The notes: a model not told the origin generated them from the letters alone. 39,301 nucleotides of DNA from Polymyxa betae A26-41 (GCA_003693705.1 RBZT01000649.1:1-39301), one strand, 5' to 3'. Shown: positions 13,101 to 25,813, numbered from the stretch's first letter. Numbers and translations: made by a program.

Positions 13101-14432
13101 TATCTGTAAGCAAGGAAAGCGTCAATCAGGCTGCTTGGACAAGAAACAGAAAGATAAAATCTGATAGCTTATATGTTGGATACAAGGTACAATGTTCGCC
13201 GAAATCTGAGTCGTTTGCCAACCTCATCTGATTACGAGAAGCATTTAGCCTGGCTATAAGCGCCAACCATTCGAGCACAGCGTTCAGACAGTCGGGACCT
13301 CCAATGAAAATTTTGTTGATAACCTAAGAGAGGCGAAATCAACAAGCATTGAACAACTGAAGGATCCAGGCGAACTGATATCAAACATATCAAAAAGAAA
13401 AATGAGAAAGGTGTAGCAGACCTGATGGACATTTGTGACCAGAAGATTGAAGGTCGAAGCGACTTCGTTCGACCACTGATCAACAAATCCCTGAGTCTGT
13501 TGCTTGATGTTCTGCAAGGGCGGCCATGACAACGACAGAATCCGCCCAAGGAGAGTCTGAGCGACAGCCGTGGCACCCGTCATACCAGGAACTTGCACAA
13601 CCTATAAGCGAGGCGTTAGACATCAACGCAATCAATAAAAGCAGCAGAATAATCCATCAAACAAAACCGAAAATGATTGACAACGGTTAAGGAATGGAAA
13701 GCTGAAATGAAGACGTTAAACGAAACAGTACGACTTTGAAAAATCGGCTTTCAACGAAGAACGGAATGGCGCCCTTCATGTCCAGGAATTGACGAAGAGT
13801 ACGAAGCGGCAGCAGAGCATCGTCCATACGTCGGCACTCATTAGTCTTGGTCTCGATCTGCTCAAGGATGCTCTGAAACAGAGCCTGTGCCATGCTTGCA
13901 TCTTGGTCTTCATCGATCATTAGCTTCAGAAAATTCGGCGGAAGCGCTCGGTTTCGTTTCGGATCTGCAGACAGCAATAAGATGAAGGCCTGCACCGACT
14001 TCTCGGAAGCCTGCGCGCTTAAGACTCCAGGGCTGAGCAGCAAGACAGAAAAAGCTGCCAGGCGGGAGCATAATGTCTAAGGAAACTTTAGAAATTGGAA
14101 AAGCAAAGTTTCATGGACGAAAAGTTGACAAAGATTAGTTTAGCTATTGATACCAAAAATGGAAAAAGCGAAACCTGAGCAAGATTAGAATCAGGAATTG
14201 AAGCAGCTTTCTCATAGGCGCGAACGATGTAATCGAAATGGGTTCGTTGGGTGGAGAACCCGGGCAGCTGAAGCCTTTCAAGGAGGATGATATCCAACAG
14301 ATCCACCGAAAGCTGATTATTCTGTGAAGCAAATTCGGGCAGATAGGTAGGCGAAGGTCGCGACGTCGGCGTCAGGGACACATCCAGAATTTCAGCTATG
14401 ACTTCATGCTCATCTTTGGAGATGGAACCCAT
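10121..14432 (-). CDS. UFD2: Ubiquitin conjugation factor E4 (UFD2/UBE4), U-box protein, many exons
   Basis: C-terminal U-box VPDEFLDPIM..LMQDPVILPMSRQIMDRAVIERHLL..DPFNRQPL; core motifs LKNPHLRG, VDRMAQMLDYYLVVLVGP and DGRSYKPALF. Confidence 0.93.
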
Positions 14433-14646
14433 TAGAAAGTCAGCAACGATCAAAAGCAGATAAAGGTCGGATGAGAGCGTCAGAGCGCTCTGCTGCGCAA
14501 CAAAAAACATTTTAGCCGTTCAGTAATTACAGTAACAAGTTTTTATTATTTGGCACTGCGCAAAAAAGTGCAAAATCGGCAGTCTGTAACTGCGCAACTG
14601 TTTGAACCATCATCCAGATTATGTTCATTTTCAAACCGATTCAGCC

Positions 14647-15632
14647 ATGAGGTCGTTGTCGTGGATGCGACCTTGCCTGCGAGCTCTTCCGCAATTACAA
14701 GGGCGGGTTCATTACGTTGGATTTCGCCCATCAGTTCGGTTGATGCCAATATGGCGTCAAGGGATGACACAGCGCTGGTTCGCCAAATCGTCGTCGTCGA
14801 AGCAGGCGGAAATCAAAGTGCCATCGCTGGGCGATTCCATCACTGAGGGCGAAGTCGTGGAAATCTCAAAGCAAGTTGGGAATTATATCAATATCGATGA
14901 TGTTGTTGCTGTCCTTGAAACTGACAAGGTTATCCAGATTGATGTCGCTGACCTTGAGTTTGTTTGCTACTTTCCTTTGATTGTGCCAAGCTTTGATTTC
15001 ATCAAGTGCTAGAACTTTTTTTGATTGTTTTGTTGCGATTTTTGTCTAATTTTTTAAAATTTGAAGAAAAATCCTGAAAGAAGCAATTTCATTTATGCTG
15101 TTTTACAATGCATTTATAAGTAATCGTGTTACTGCTATAGGTCAGCGTGGATATTCGCTCAGAGCATTCTGGCACCATAACTAGTGTCAAATATGAACCT
15201 GGAAACACTGTTAAGATCGGCGATGTGCTGTTCACCCTCGATACCGACCCAGATTCAGTCTCCAGGCCGCATCCAGTGTCACCCCCTCCTCCAGATTCCA
15301 ATGCCGCTAAACTCACTCATGTTGCGAAAGCTGCTGAGACTCCTGCTGAGACTCCTTTGGAGCCGAAACCTTCAGCTGGTATCCCTGCCGCTCTTCCTTT
15401 TGCTGAGTCGGCGTCATCGTCTTCTTACGCGCCCTCAATCCAGTTCCGATATGGAGTTCGGGAGACCGCTGTTTCAACATCACAAAGGTTTGAATCTGCA
15501 GGAAGCGACGCGTCGCCAGCGGATGCACCCTGGGTGCCGACTCCGGAACGATATCGACGCCCGCGTGTCTCACAAGCAGAGATTGATGCTATTGAATCTG
15601 GCGGCGCCACTTTCAGGTCAATGTTTGCCTGA
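14647..15632 (+). CDS. Mitochondrial lipoyl-domain protein fused to a KGD4/MRPS36-like C-terminus, without acyltransferase domain (exons 14647-14928 and 15141-15632, 257 aa)
   Basis: Arg/Ser-rich presequence; IKVPSLGDSITEG..VAVLETDK|VSVDIRSEHSGTI..VKIGDVLFTL lipoyl domain; Pro/Ala linker; PSIQFRYG and PERYRRPRVSQAEIDAIESGGA motifs just before the stop. Confidence 0.85.
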
Positions 15633-16328
15633 TATTCTCGTAAATTATGATTTCTATATTTTCTCGCAATGCATAAAACTATCAATAATATTTGGCGTGA
15701 GAACAGAGGAGAGCATTCAGAGAAAAGAGATGGCTTCCGGAGGCGATGCTTGAAAGAACTCTGGTACGATCATCGAACTCTATATCGGCAATGATAACAG
15801 CTCGGAAGCGTTCCAGTACGGGAATGTCTCCATGACGAAGCCACCGACATCACTGGACGATCCGGCCGCTATAAAAACACCACTTTGTGCTTACTGCATG
15901 GGCACACTTATCGATGATTGCGATATGACGATTTCATCAGTGTTGTTATACGACTTGCGATCTCGAACAATTTTGAAATCGAAGTTGCTGCACTGATTAC
16001 GTCCAATAACAAAAATCTAGAAAATGCCCATAGATCGAACATCAAACTTTTGTAGACCAATCGCAAGATTACAGCGGCAAGACCAACTCGATCATCTCCA
16101 AAAGTTCGAGCAGGATCGTCTGAGCAACTAACGGGAAAGTTTGAACTTTTGTATTTCGCTTACAATTGATTCCTCTCTTCAATCAATCTTGAAGGTAGAG
16201 CAGAGAGCGGCCTATTTGCACACCGTGCGCTTTTTTAGGCGTCTTTCACTATTTCTGAGTTTATTGACTCTTTGGCGCCTTCATCGACATCGTCCTTTGC
16301 CGCCATCCCAAGCGGATCGAAGTCCTGC

Positions 16329-17529
16329 ATGTCTGCTCCGGATTCTGCTTCGAGGTCGTCGTTGACCTTGGAGTGTATTCTGCAGAGCGTCCGATACTTA
16401 CCCACTGTTCAGTATCTGAACGAGGCTGACCTTTCTTCTCTTAGATCCACGTCGAAATCTATCTGTGAAGGTTTGATCGTTGGTTTAATAGCATCGCGCA
16501 TTCAATAAGCAATGTATAGAGTATGCTCGTGTTTCCTTTCGCTCAAGAAAGAAATCTTGGAGACTGTATCCGCATCAAGCCCCATATCTTGAAGATCAAA
16601 TTTCGAACTGGTATCAATATCGATACCAGAAATCATGTCATTTGCTGGTTCTCAGGACATGGGACAAGTTCTATTTGCTTCATCCATCCTGTACGGTTCT
16701 GGATGCTTTCAAGTATTTCGGCGAGAATCTTGATTTCGACCGTATCGAGTTTCCGCTCATTGTGGAGCATTTCGACATTCAATATCCCGGTGTTATTGAA
16801 AACGAACTACGAGGCGAGTTGAGCTCCGAATATGTCCCCGTCAAATCCTACGAAGTCTGGGATCCAAGTATAACCTTCAAAATGAAAAGTCGCGAGCAAA
16901 ATCGCCCGCTACATTCAATTCTAAAGCTCGGGTTTCGGTATGGCCTTGTCGATCCGGAAGATCAAGATCGCTATGAGCCGTCAAACATTGCAAATTTCAG
17001 TGTTTATGGCCGGGCTCTATGTGATTGGCGTCCTGATTCAGATCCGCTTTATATTCGGCCTGTTCAACCTGACGACTATCTTCGTATTCTAAATCCGTTA
17101 TCCATTAAGCCGCTGGGACCCGATCCTGTTGCTGATCGTTTCCCCCGAATTGCTCGGTATCTGCATTCGGGAACTTGTGGCTGGGAAATATATTCTGAAC
17201 ATTGCATACTGGGATTTTTTACGCAATTGCAGTATCAACCTTTCTATATCTCTTTTGAATCGGATACGACGTCTTCGATGCTACCCATCTTCAAGCAACT
17301 GGAAGATGTTCTTGGAGAGCACTACGGAGACGTAAATACTCATTCGCCTGACGTTGAATGTCATACCGACTTCAATTTCCAGTCATTTTCGTCCAAAAGA
17401 AGAAGGGTCGTCACAATCAATTTCACTGATAGCCGATACTCTATTGCTTCTGGTTGGGGCGACTTTGCCTTCGATTCCTTATTTAAAATGTTTTATTGGA
17501 TGAATTTCCTCAGCCAAACCCGACCGTAG
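16329..17529 (+). CDS. Hypothetical protein with an F-box-like N-terminus (intron 16471-16519)
   Basis: Exon 1 ..LPTVQYLNEADLSSLRSTSKSICE splices in frame to the 295-aa ORF. The rest is not recognised. Confidence 0.6.
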
Positions 17530-18091
17530 ACGGCAATATATTCTGTCTGTGGTGGTTCCAGTCCGAGTTCTGCTTCCTCAAACCTTGATAACAGGAAATT
17601 GTTGGTTGATGATGGATTCTCCCGCCTATAGTGGGCGAATGTGTCGGCAACACACAGTACTCGGCCCGATGCTGGCATTCTGCCCTCAACGTCCTCCATT
17701 AAGCGTATTTCGCCCGGTTTGGGATTAATGAGATCATTGCCGATCATTGTTCCGTTTTACTGATTGTGTGATTTCTGTCTGTGCCTTTTATTGTAAGGCT
17801 ACTTCACATTCGGGTCGGGACGCCTCGGTCTGGCCATAGTCTTCGAACGCCATTTTTAAGAGCTATTCTTACGTGCCCTTTCACGATTGGCTGCAATTGA
17901 TTAATACCTATCTGATTTTTGGTTTCAGCCAACACTCCTTAATTTTATTCTCGAATGTAATTTCGCAATTATTCCACTTTGGCGTTTTTCGTCGTATGCA
18001 GCAGCATCAATTGAAAATTAGCTTGCAAGGACTTCGCAGTGAACATTGGCCGACCAGGTAACGAGCTTAAGCTGTCAATGCACTGTAAAAA

Positions 18092-19349
18092 TCAGACGAA
18101 TTGATATTCGCCACAGTCTGAGATTGTGATGATCGGCTCAGGGCGTTCATTACACGTTGTCGAAGTGCCGATCGCATTCAGCACCTCCAGGCCGTCAATA
18201 ACGCGCCCGAAAGCCACCTTCTTGTAATCGAGATACTTTAGATCTCGTAGAGTAATGAAGAATTGACTGCCGTTCGTATGTGGTTCGCCTTCGTTGGCCA
18301 TGGACTAGGATATTTCAGACGAATATATTTTGACATCGTGATTGCTACCAGAATCCCAGCTCGGTCGTGCTTTATGGTGAACGATTCATCTTCGAATAGA
18401 GTGAGAACAGCACTTCGTGTTCTATCTCCATTTCCTCCAACAATATCTTTAAACGATTAAAAACGAAATGCTTCGAATACTGTTGTCAAACCTCCGCCTT
18501 GGATCCAAGCGTCTTTCACAATCCGATCTGTTGACAAATCAGTACGACAACTGTGAAACTTGACAGCAATAACGTATTGGTGTCTGCAAATAATGAAGCT
18601 TCGCGCCATCGTAAGAATGATCTCCAGTGCACAGCAGTCGAAAGTTCTCGCAGGTTTTCGGCATTAGTGATTTGAATAGCTCGAAGACGATTGTGCCCAA
18701 TGGAAGCCCATCCCGGTCAAATTTCATAAACACAAATATGCTATCCTAGTCGAACTTCTAATCAGTAAAGGATTGATCAAATAAACGGCTCAAATTCCAA
18801 GAAAATAATCTGAAACCCCAAAAGAAATTGCTTTCGGGACTCTGCGAACTGCTAAAATCCAGGCAGGGATGAAAAAAGGTTTCACAAACTTTGGCTCGCG
18901 ATTTGCAAAATGTTCGGAGGCTCTCGCGAGCGAGTCGTTGGTAATCAGGTCGCTGCTGGCCCTCTGGCGGCTCAAGCTGGAACCTATTAGCAGCCCAGTC
19001 TTGCAGTTCAGCGACGTTGTGAGCAACGAACCCGAGCGTTGTATGATAGGCCAGCAGATCTTGGCATTCGCCTACAATATGGGCGCCGTATATCTGTCCA
19101 GTATCAGCAGCTTGCATGAACCAGCTACGAAGGATCTTACAAGCTGAATCTCCTTCAGTTTGACAGGCCAGTCGAGATCGAGAACATCGACGGTCTCGAT
19201 GGAAAATTGATCATTGACGATACGTTGCAGTTGCTGGAAGTATTCAGCCTTTGTAAAAACACAGATAAGTTTCTTACTGCAGCAACATGTTTCGCTTCTT
19301 GGTATGCAGGTGATAAGCAACGTCCGCATACGACTAATCTGGCAACCAT
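18092..19349 (-). CDS. PPIL6: Cyclophilin PPIL6-like (radial spoke protein 12 type), multi-exon
   Basis: IVFELFKSLMPKTCENFRLLCTG, RIVKDAWIQGG, FEDESFTIKHDRAGIL, MANEGEPHTNGSQFFITL, KVAFGRVIDG. The N-terminal extension LVVCGRCLSPAYQEAKHVA resembles PPIL6. Confidence 0.82.
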
Positions 19350-19645
19350 GATAGGCTCGAACTTTGGTTCTGTGACGTTTGCGCATGTTATCATGACTCT
19401 TGACAGCAAGCTCTGAGGCGCATGATGATATTATCCATGATATTCCTTGTGATTAGATCCACTAAATCCAATACTTGATGCAAGAAGTTCTTAAAAGAAG
19501 ACTAAAAAGGTGCTGAAATAGTTGATTATGTTGCTTGATTGAATCGCTGAGCGACGCTGATTCGACCAAACACAATGGGAACGAAAGGCTTGACAGATGT
19601 GAGATGAAAAGAGCCACGTTTATTGGAGGGCGATAAGTGGAAATG

Positions 19646-21680
19646 TTATGCGATATTCTTTCTGGGTTTAAATGGCGAAGAGGCAGCAACGATATCCCTC
19701 ATGTGATCTAAAATCACTCAATAGTTGCTGAAACATGTTGTTGAGAGAGCGAACCGTGGAAAGTTGAGCCCAGCATGACCGAAGAAAAATCCCTGGACAG
19801 TTCTGCGAATGAGGACTATAAACACAGCAAGTAAGTTCAGAAATAGTGAAAAGCGTTCAAAAGCATTGGACTCAATGCAAAGCGGACTCATTGAATACAT
19901 TCAGACGAGCATCAAAATATTACAAACATCATTCAAATATGTATGTCATAACAAGCGATTCAAAACACAATACATGCAATGGGTGATCACAGTTATCATC
20001 TGTGACTTCTCTGGGTTTTAAAAGCATTTTCATTCTCCAATCAACAAGGATTTGATCAGTTGATATCAACTCCTAGTAGCTGATCAGCTATGAACGGAAA
20101 TGAGTTCAGTTTCTGCACCCGGATTAGAGCGAATCCGGATTGAAGGCTATCAAAATCGTTTTTAGATTCGTTTGTGAAAGCCATCAAGTAACGCCTTGTA
20201 AATGTGACGACTGCATTAGAGGGTAGACCGCGCTCAAGAATTAAGCCAAGGTTCTTTCGAATCATTGTACGTTTTAAAGCCTCAAACAATTCATGAGGGT
20301 GTTGTTGCCAGGCGATGAAAACCTACATGAACATCAAAATAAAGAAAGCAACATAAAATGCATAACAACCCTGAAACGATTTCACAACCACAGCACAAGT
20401 AAAACCGAATCAATGAAAAAAAGTTTGCAATTACTGTGCCTGAAAGTTTCGATTCGCAAACTTCATTCACGTCAACGAAGCATTTCCCAATAAACGGGGT
20501 ATTATCGGATGAGACTTTCCTAGTGTTTAAATTATTCATGCAAAAGAACTGCGATCCGATTTGAACAGCTTGATAGCAGTTAAATGGATCGATTTCATCC
20601 GGCTTATATCCATGACAGGAGCAAACCTGGCTTTTTGATCACTCACTGCGTACGAATTTTGTGGGCGATGTACCTTTTCTATTTGAGGCAGTGCGAGCGT
20701 TTCCAAGAACGGTCTGATCGAGATTTCAATCTGCGATTTCAAGTGGACTTTAAATAATGGTGACAAGTCCAACGAGCATTTGGTTGGATGCAACAGCTGT
20801 TCTCTAATATCCATGAAGACGTATTCCCAAGCATCTGGACCTAAAATCGACTAAGACAATTTGCGAAACAGGTCCAGAAAGAAAAAATACCCTCAAAATA
20901 ACAGCGACCGTTAGATAAATTACTAAATGAAAAATGACATAAACCGACTTGGAACAATTGCATCTATCCTGTGCATCAGGTTGGCTGTTTGTAGGGCAAA
21001 ATGAAATTCTCGCAATTCTTCAGTTTCTCCACTAAAGCAGACTGGATAAAATGTGAAAGCAACCTCTTTAGGAGCGCATCTGAGAATTGTCTAAAACAGC
21101 CATTTATTCGTGAATGAGAAGAAAAAGTGCAATTTGAGAAAAGATCGCCAGATACAACCAGAGAAAAGCCATCAATGAAACGATAAAAGCGTGATGCATA
21201 CCGATAGAGTTTCGCTTTCATAATTACAGGAAAACAACACGATTTGCTTCAGGTTTTCATCGGTGCAGAATCGGAATGAGTTGACGACTGCCTGGCCTTA
21301 AATGGAATTCTACCTGAATACGGTCTAACCTTACTGCTCTTTTGGGAATCAATTGGACTGGACCCGATAATCTCGCTATCGAGGCGATTATCAATCCATC
21401 GCACTGCTTCATAACAAGTATGCAGCAGATATGGAGGCGACAGGATCCTTTCGCAATCGTCTGGATGAGTTCGGCATACAATTAGGGAGATATCGTCCTT
21501 GCACTATCATCAAACCTTAATTAAACGCCACCCAGCAGATCCTACCTGTTTCTCTTCGGTCATGCAATGCAGATTCAGCAGCTCCAGCAATTTTTTGCGA
21601 ACTGGTTCTAGAAACATTCTCGTCGCATCGATTTCTGCGCTGACACGACCGAGGCGAATGTCGACAATCACTGCCAACAT
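19646..21680 (-). CDS. Multi-exon hypothetical protein, possibly with a vWA-like N-terminus
   Basis: Successive minus-strand exons with GT-AG junctions (MLAVIVDIRLG..EEKQ|CKDDISLIVC..|..LKQIVLFSCN). Boundaries are approximate. Confidence 0.5.
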
Positions 21681-21740
21681 GACGATATGAATAGTGAGCT
21701 CATCTTGAAAGAGGGCACCTGATGACAGAGGCAATGTCGG

Positions 21741-21879
21741 GCGCAGCCAGCTCCTACATTTGTAATTGGAAAATGACCTGTAAGCGCAGCCAGCTGCTGT
21801 TTCATATTGGAATGACATGTAGGCGCAACCAGCTGCTTCATTGTAGATTGGAAAGATCCTGTAAGCGCAGCCAGCTGCT
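21741..21879. repeat. Degenerate ~39-43 bp minisatellite (about 3.4 units) in a divergent intergenic region
   Basis: gcgca(g/a)ccagct(g/c)ct starts at 21741, 21784, 21823 and 21865; copies 2-4 are each preceded by ttggaa..ga..tgta. Confidence 0.85.
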
Positions 21880-21964
21880 CACAATGCAATGAGCATCATC
21901 AAGTTCAGCAGATGATGAGACTTTTCAAAAGGCGGCGACCTCCCGCAGTTATGAAACTTTAAAA

Positions 21965-22965
21965 ATGCAGCTCTTGGCGATTGATCCATCAGCCCAAGTT
22001 CTGCTAGAGAGCGTTCAGCGTCATCTGCCTCGACGCCTGCCAGGCAGGGACAAACGTCGCCGAAGAATATGCCAACGATTCGCTTTCGATTTGGCGACTG
22101 TTGTATTGGGGTACCGGACCTGTTTTCTTCTCGATGAGTTCGTGATAGACCCGGTTGCGCTATCTTTTTTGTTATCGGAGCTGCAGGAGAGCTGCCCAAC
22201 TGTGAAACTACAATTTGGTTTACAAAATAATCATATACTGACTGCTGCCAGATTCCCGATTTGAAGCAAATTCGGGTGCTTCTAATCAACGAGGATGCCT
22301 TGTTCATATGCCATCAGGCTGCTATGATTCAACGCCTGCAGGACGCGATATCTTGGCTTCCATCGATTGTCTTTATTGATGTTAACCCAAAGCTGTCTGA
22401 ACCGAAGGTAGGGTTGTTGAGGTTTTTGTTTTTCTTTCTTGTCAATTCCTCAAACACGATTAGTTAATGCAGTCCGATATGATTCCACATTTTCTGGAAA
22501 TATTCTCAGGTGTGATTACTGGTATGAACTCCAGCTCGTTAATCGTTAAATCAACACTCCAAAATTCAACATTGTCGCTATCATCTATTTGCGCCCCATT
22601 ATTGGAATATCCTGTATGCTACGTACTTCAAAGAGACCAAGGTCAATTTTCGCTGCTTCAAACCTATTTCAACTTCACTGTTAAGTTCTGCAGCTTGACC
22701 GTTTTTAAAGTTGCTGTTCTTTGCAAAATGCATCACTCTTCATGCTGACATCCTTGATCCAGGAGACTCATTTCGACCGAATTGCCTTGGCAACGTTCCT
22801 CTGGTAGTTTTTGACATTGCCCTTAAACTCGGCGATGAAGACGTGACGGCTTTTCGCTATTCATGTCCAGCTGCGCTTTGTCAACATGTAATTTCAGATA
22901 GTCTGTCGTCTGCAAAGTTCATTATAACTTCGAAAGTTGTCACGCTGCCGATCATCACGCTTTAA
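21965..22965 (+). CDS. UPF0739/C1orf74-like (DUF4504) protein, multi-exon
   Basis: DLATVVLGYRTCFLLD, PLLEYPVCY, NCLGNVPLVVF, FRYSCPAAL and terminal VTLPIITL*. Confidence 0.75.
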
Positions 22966-23138
22966 ACATGAATTCGATTGGTCGTATAATTCCAGTAGTC
23001 AGTTTCTTTGATTCGGCTACGCTGCCTCATCGCAAGGAGTGACATTTAGGTTCTCATCAATATTCATTCTATGTCACCATATCCTATCTTCTACAGCTAC
23101 GGAAATACGTTCGAATTATCTCAGGATCGCTTTTACTA

Positions 23139-23688
23139 TCACTGATGCGTCCGGATCGCCTTCTCTAACCGCGCTTGATCAGCACCAACAATGACATCGA
23201 CCACATTCGATCCTTTGATGAGTTGAAAAGTCGGAACAGCTGAATGTGTTGATCAAAATCTAATCCAATCGCAATACGACTCCTTACATGTTATGGATGC
23301 TTTGGCAACATACTCTTGAGCATCATCAATATCGACTTTGATAAAATCTGCAGCTTCTTTAAATTTCTTGGACATTGCCTCATAAGCTGGTGCAAATGAG
23401 CGACATGGGCCGCACCTATAATTCACGATATCTCATGCAAGATTTCCTCCTAAATGCCATTTGTACCAAGATGCTGAATAGTCGCTAGAGATATTTAAGA
23501 ATTGATACAGCTGTGCATTGTTCAACCTACACGACAAGCAGCCGGTCCTGAGGAGCGCTTGAGATCAACCTGCTGAGAGCTTTCCCATCCGATGCAATCA
23601 CAACCGACAAGGCTCGGGTTCTTGGCAACCAGGCCCGCAGCATTCCGATCCGATTCATTGTCGTGGCCCTTGGAAAGGCGACGAACAT
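23139..23688 (-). CDS. Thioredoxin with a probable mitochondrial presequence, multi-exon
   Basis: Spliced DYSASW|CGPCRSFAPAY, FIKVDIDD and AVPTFQLIKGSNVVDVIVGAD..*. An intron interrupts the WCGPC active site. Confidence 0.9.
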
Positions 23689-23886
23689 AACAATGCGCAA
23701 TGATTGAATCGTCACAACTATTTCAGAAATCGCAGATTTACATGGAAACTTTGCAATGATGGTTAAGTCTCCAGACCAAAGTTTTCTAGGTAAAAGTAAT
23801 AATAGTGTCTAAATGATAAAATGTTACAGGCAAACGTTAGCAGAGACGAAGTTAACGGAGGTCGGAGAAGTCATATTTGATCAAAC

Positions 23887-25813
23887 ATGTCGTCGGGAGC
23901 ATCGAAGGCGTCCTACGCCAAACAACTGGTCGACTTTATTCAGTCGTCGCCGTCTCCATTCCACACAGGTATGATACAAGCTGTTTGCCTTACTGTGCTC
24001 TTGCTTATCGTTATTCAGTCGAGTCGGTTTCACATCTGCTAACTGCCAATGGATACAAGAAGCTCAATGAGCGCAATGACGATGATTTTAAAATCGTACC
24101 GAATGGGAAGTACTTTTTCACTCGAAACCAGACGACCGTCTTTGCTTTTGCCGTTGGTGGCAAATATGTTCAAGGCAATGGCATCAGCATTGTTGCTGCT
24201 CACTCGGATTCGTATGGAAGAAATTCTGCCCACAGGTGCATAATTTCTCAAGAAATCATAGGCCTTGTCTTCGCGTTAAACCGATATCGAAGATAACTTC
24301 AGCTGGAATTGCTCAGGTAGTGTATATATTGATTGATGTGTTGATTTCGTTAGAGAAATGGCTTGGTTTGAAGATACCGTTTGGTTAAAGTTAATCCAGG
24401 TTGGAGTTCAAGTTTATGGTGGAGGATTATGGCATACGTGGTTTGACAGAGATCTTTCTCTGGCGGGTCGGGTCATGGTCAGCAATGGCAACAAGATACA
24501 ATCCCGCCTTGTAAATATCAAGAAACCATTGATGTTCATTCCGAATCTGGCCATTCACCTTAACCGCGATGTAAACTCGGAAGGCTTCAAACCGAACTTT
24601 GGTGAGTAATCCATCGTGACTGTTTTTTTATCTTCAGTTGATAAAGCTTTGTTTAGAGAACCATCTTGTCCCAATAATTGCAACAGAAGTAAGGCGGCTC
24701 TGTTCCGGTTTATGTAAATGCTGGTTGTTAAGCCCCGACTTAGGTCAAAGCGTTGCTGGAAAAGGCTGAGAATCAGCCCTGCCATCATCCAGTGCTGATG
24801 AAATGTCTCGCTAACGAGTTGAACTGCCAGACAGAAGACATTCGCGATTTCGAATTGTCTTTGTATGCGACTCAGCCTCCCTCTATCGGCGGCGCCTTGG
24901 ATGAGTAATTGAAACTCAACAGTTGTTTGACAATTTAGTCATGATTGTTAGGTTCATTTTCGCTCCTCGCCTGGACAATCTTGGGATGTCTTATTGCTCG
25001 ATTCGCGGTTTAGTTAATGCCGATTTGTCGCTAAACGATGACACGTAAGAAAGTCTGTTTTTGAGAAGACGAAACTGATTACCACAAAGGAACATTCGTA
25101 TGGTCACGATCTTTGATCATGAAGAAATTGGGTCACAATCAGCTCAAGGAGCCGCCTCGATCATGCTGCATAGCACCATTCGTCGTATTACGGGAGACAA
25201 AATGGAATCTTCAATTGCAAAATCATTCCTTGTATCTGCCGATATGGCTCATGCTTGTCAGTTTCGTTATACTGAGTAAAGGGTTCGTAACCGTGTCTCT
25301 TGCTCAGGTCATCCAAACTATTCGGAAAAGCACGAGGCTCGTCATCGGCCCAAAATACATGGAGGTGTAACTATCAAGCACAATGTCAACCAAAGGTGAG
25401 ATTTTATATTGGTTTCTGGTTTGTGACATTTTGTTAGCAAAATATCAAATACCACTTCACGTGCTCAATTGATTTCAGATACGCGACGAATAGTGAAACA
25501 TCTTGTATTATCAAGGAAATAGCTCGAAGGAAGAACCTCCCGCTTCAGGAATTTGTGGTTCGTAATGATACAGGCTGCGGATCAACAGTCGGCCCCATTC
25601 TCGCTGCCAATACCGGTAAGATTACAGGAGAGATCATACAGAAATGGTGTTGAAGCTTCGTCAGGTCTCCGCACCATCGATGTTGGTGTTCCTCAGCTTT
25701 CTATGCATTCGATTCGTGAGGTCTGTGGAGTCGACGACATCGATCACGGCGTACGCTTGTTGCAAGCGTTCTTTGAGTTATATCCGGAAATTGACGCCAT
25801 GATCAACAACTAA
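23887..25813 (+). CDS. DNPEP: Aspartyl aminopeptidase (peptidase M18), multi-exon
   Basis: FIQSSPSPFH, FFTRNQTTVFAF, AAHSDS, YGGGLWHTWFDRDLSLAGRV, IPNLAIHL, PRLDNL, FDHEEIGS, SADMAHA and DVGVPQLSMHSIRE. Confidence 0.96.

Noticed and set aside
14602-15753. Full-length DLST (E2o) or a truncated DLST pseudogene
   Set aside because: No acyltransferase domain (no DHRxxDG motif) downstream; the frame ends cleanly after a KGD4-like motif.
15730-16135. Possible small gene between the lipoyl-KGD4 and F-box-like genes
   Set aside because: No consistent spliced frame or recognisable motif on either strand.
17493-17853. 84-aa minus-strand ORF and an upstream ATG
   Set aside because: Overlaps the neighbouring gene end, has no motif and no convincing splice model.
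21741-21879. CRISPR-like repeat-spacer appearance
   Set aside because: The variable parts are only ~8-10 bp and resemble each other, the repeats are degenerate, there are no cas genes and the context is eukaryotic.
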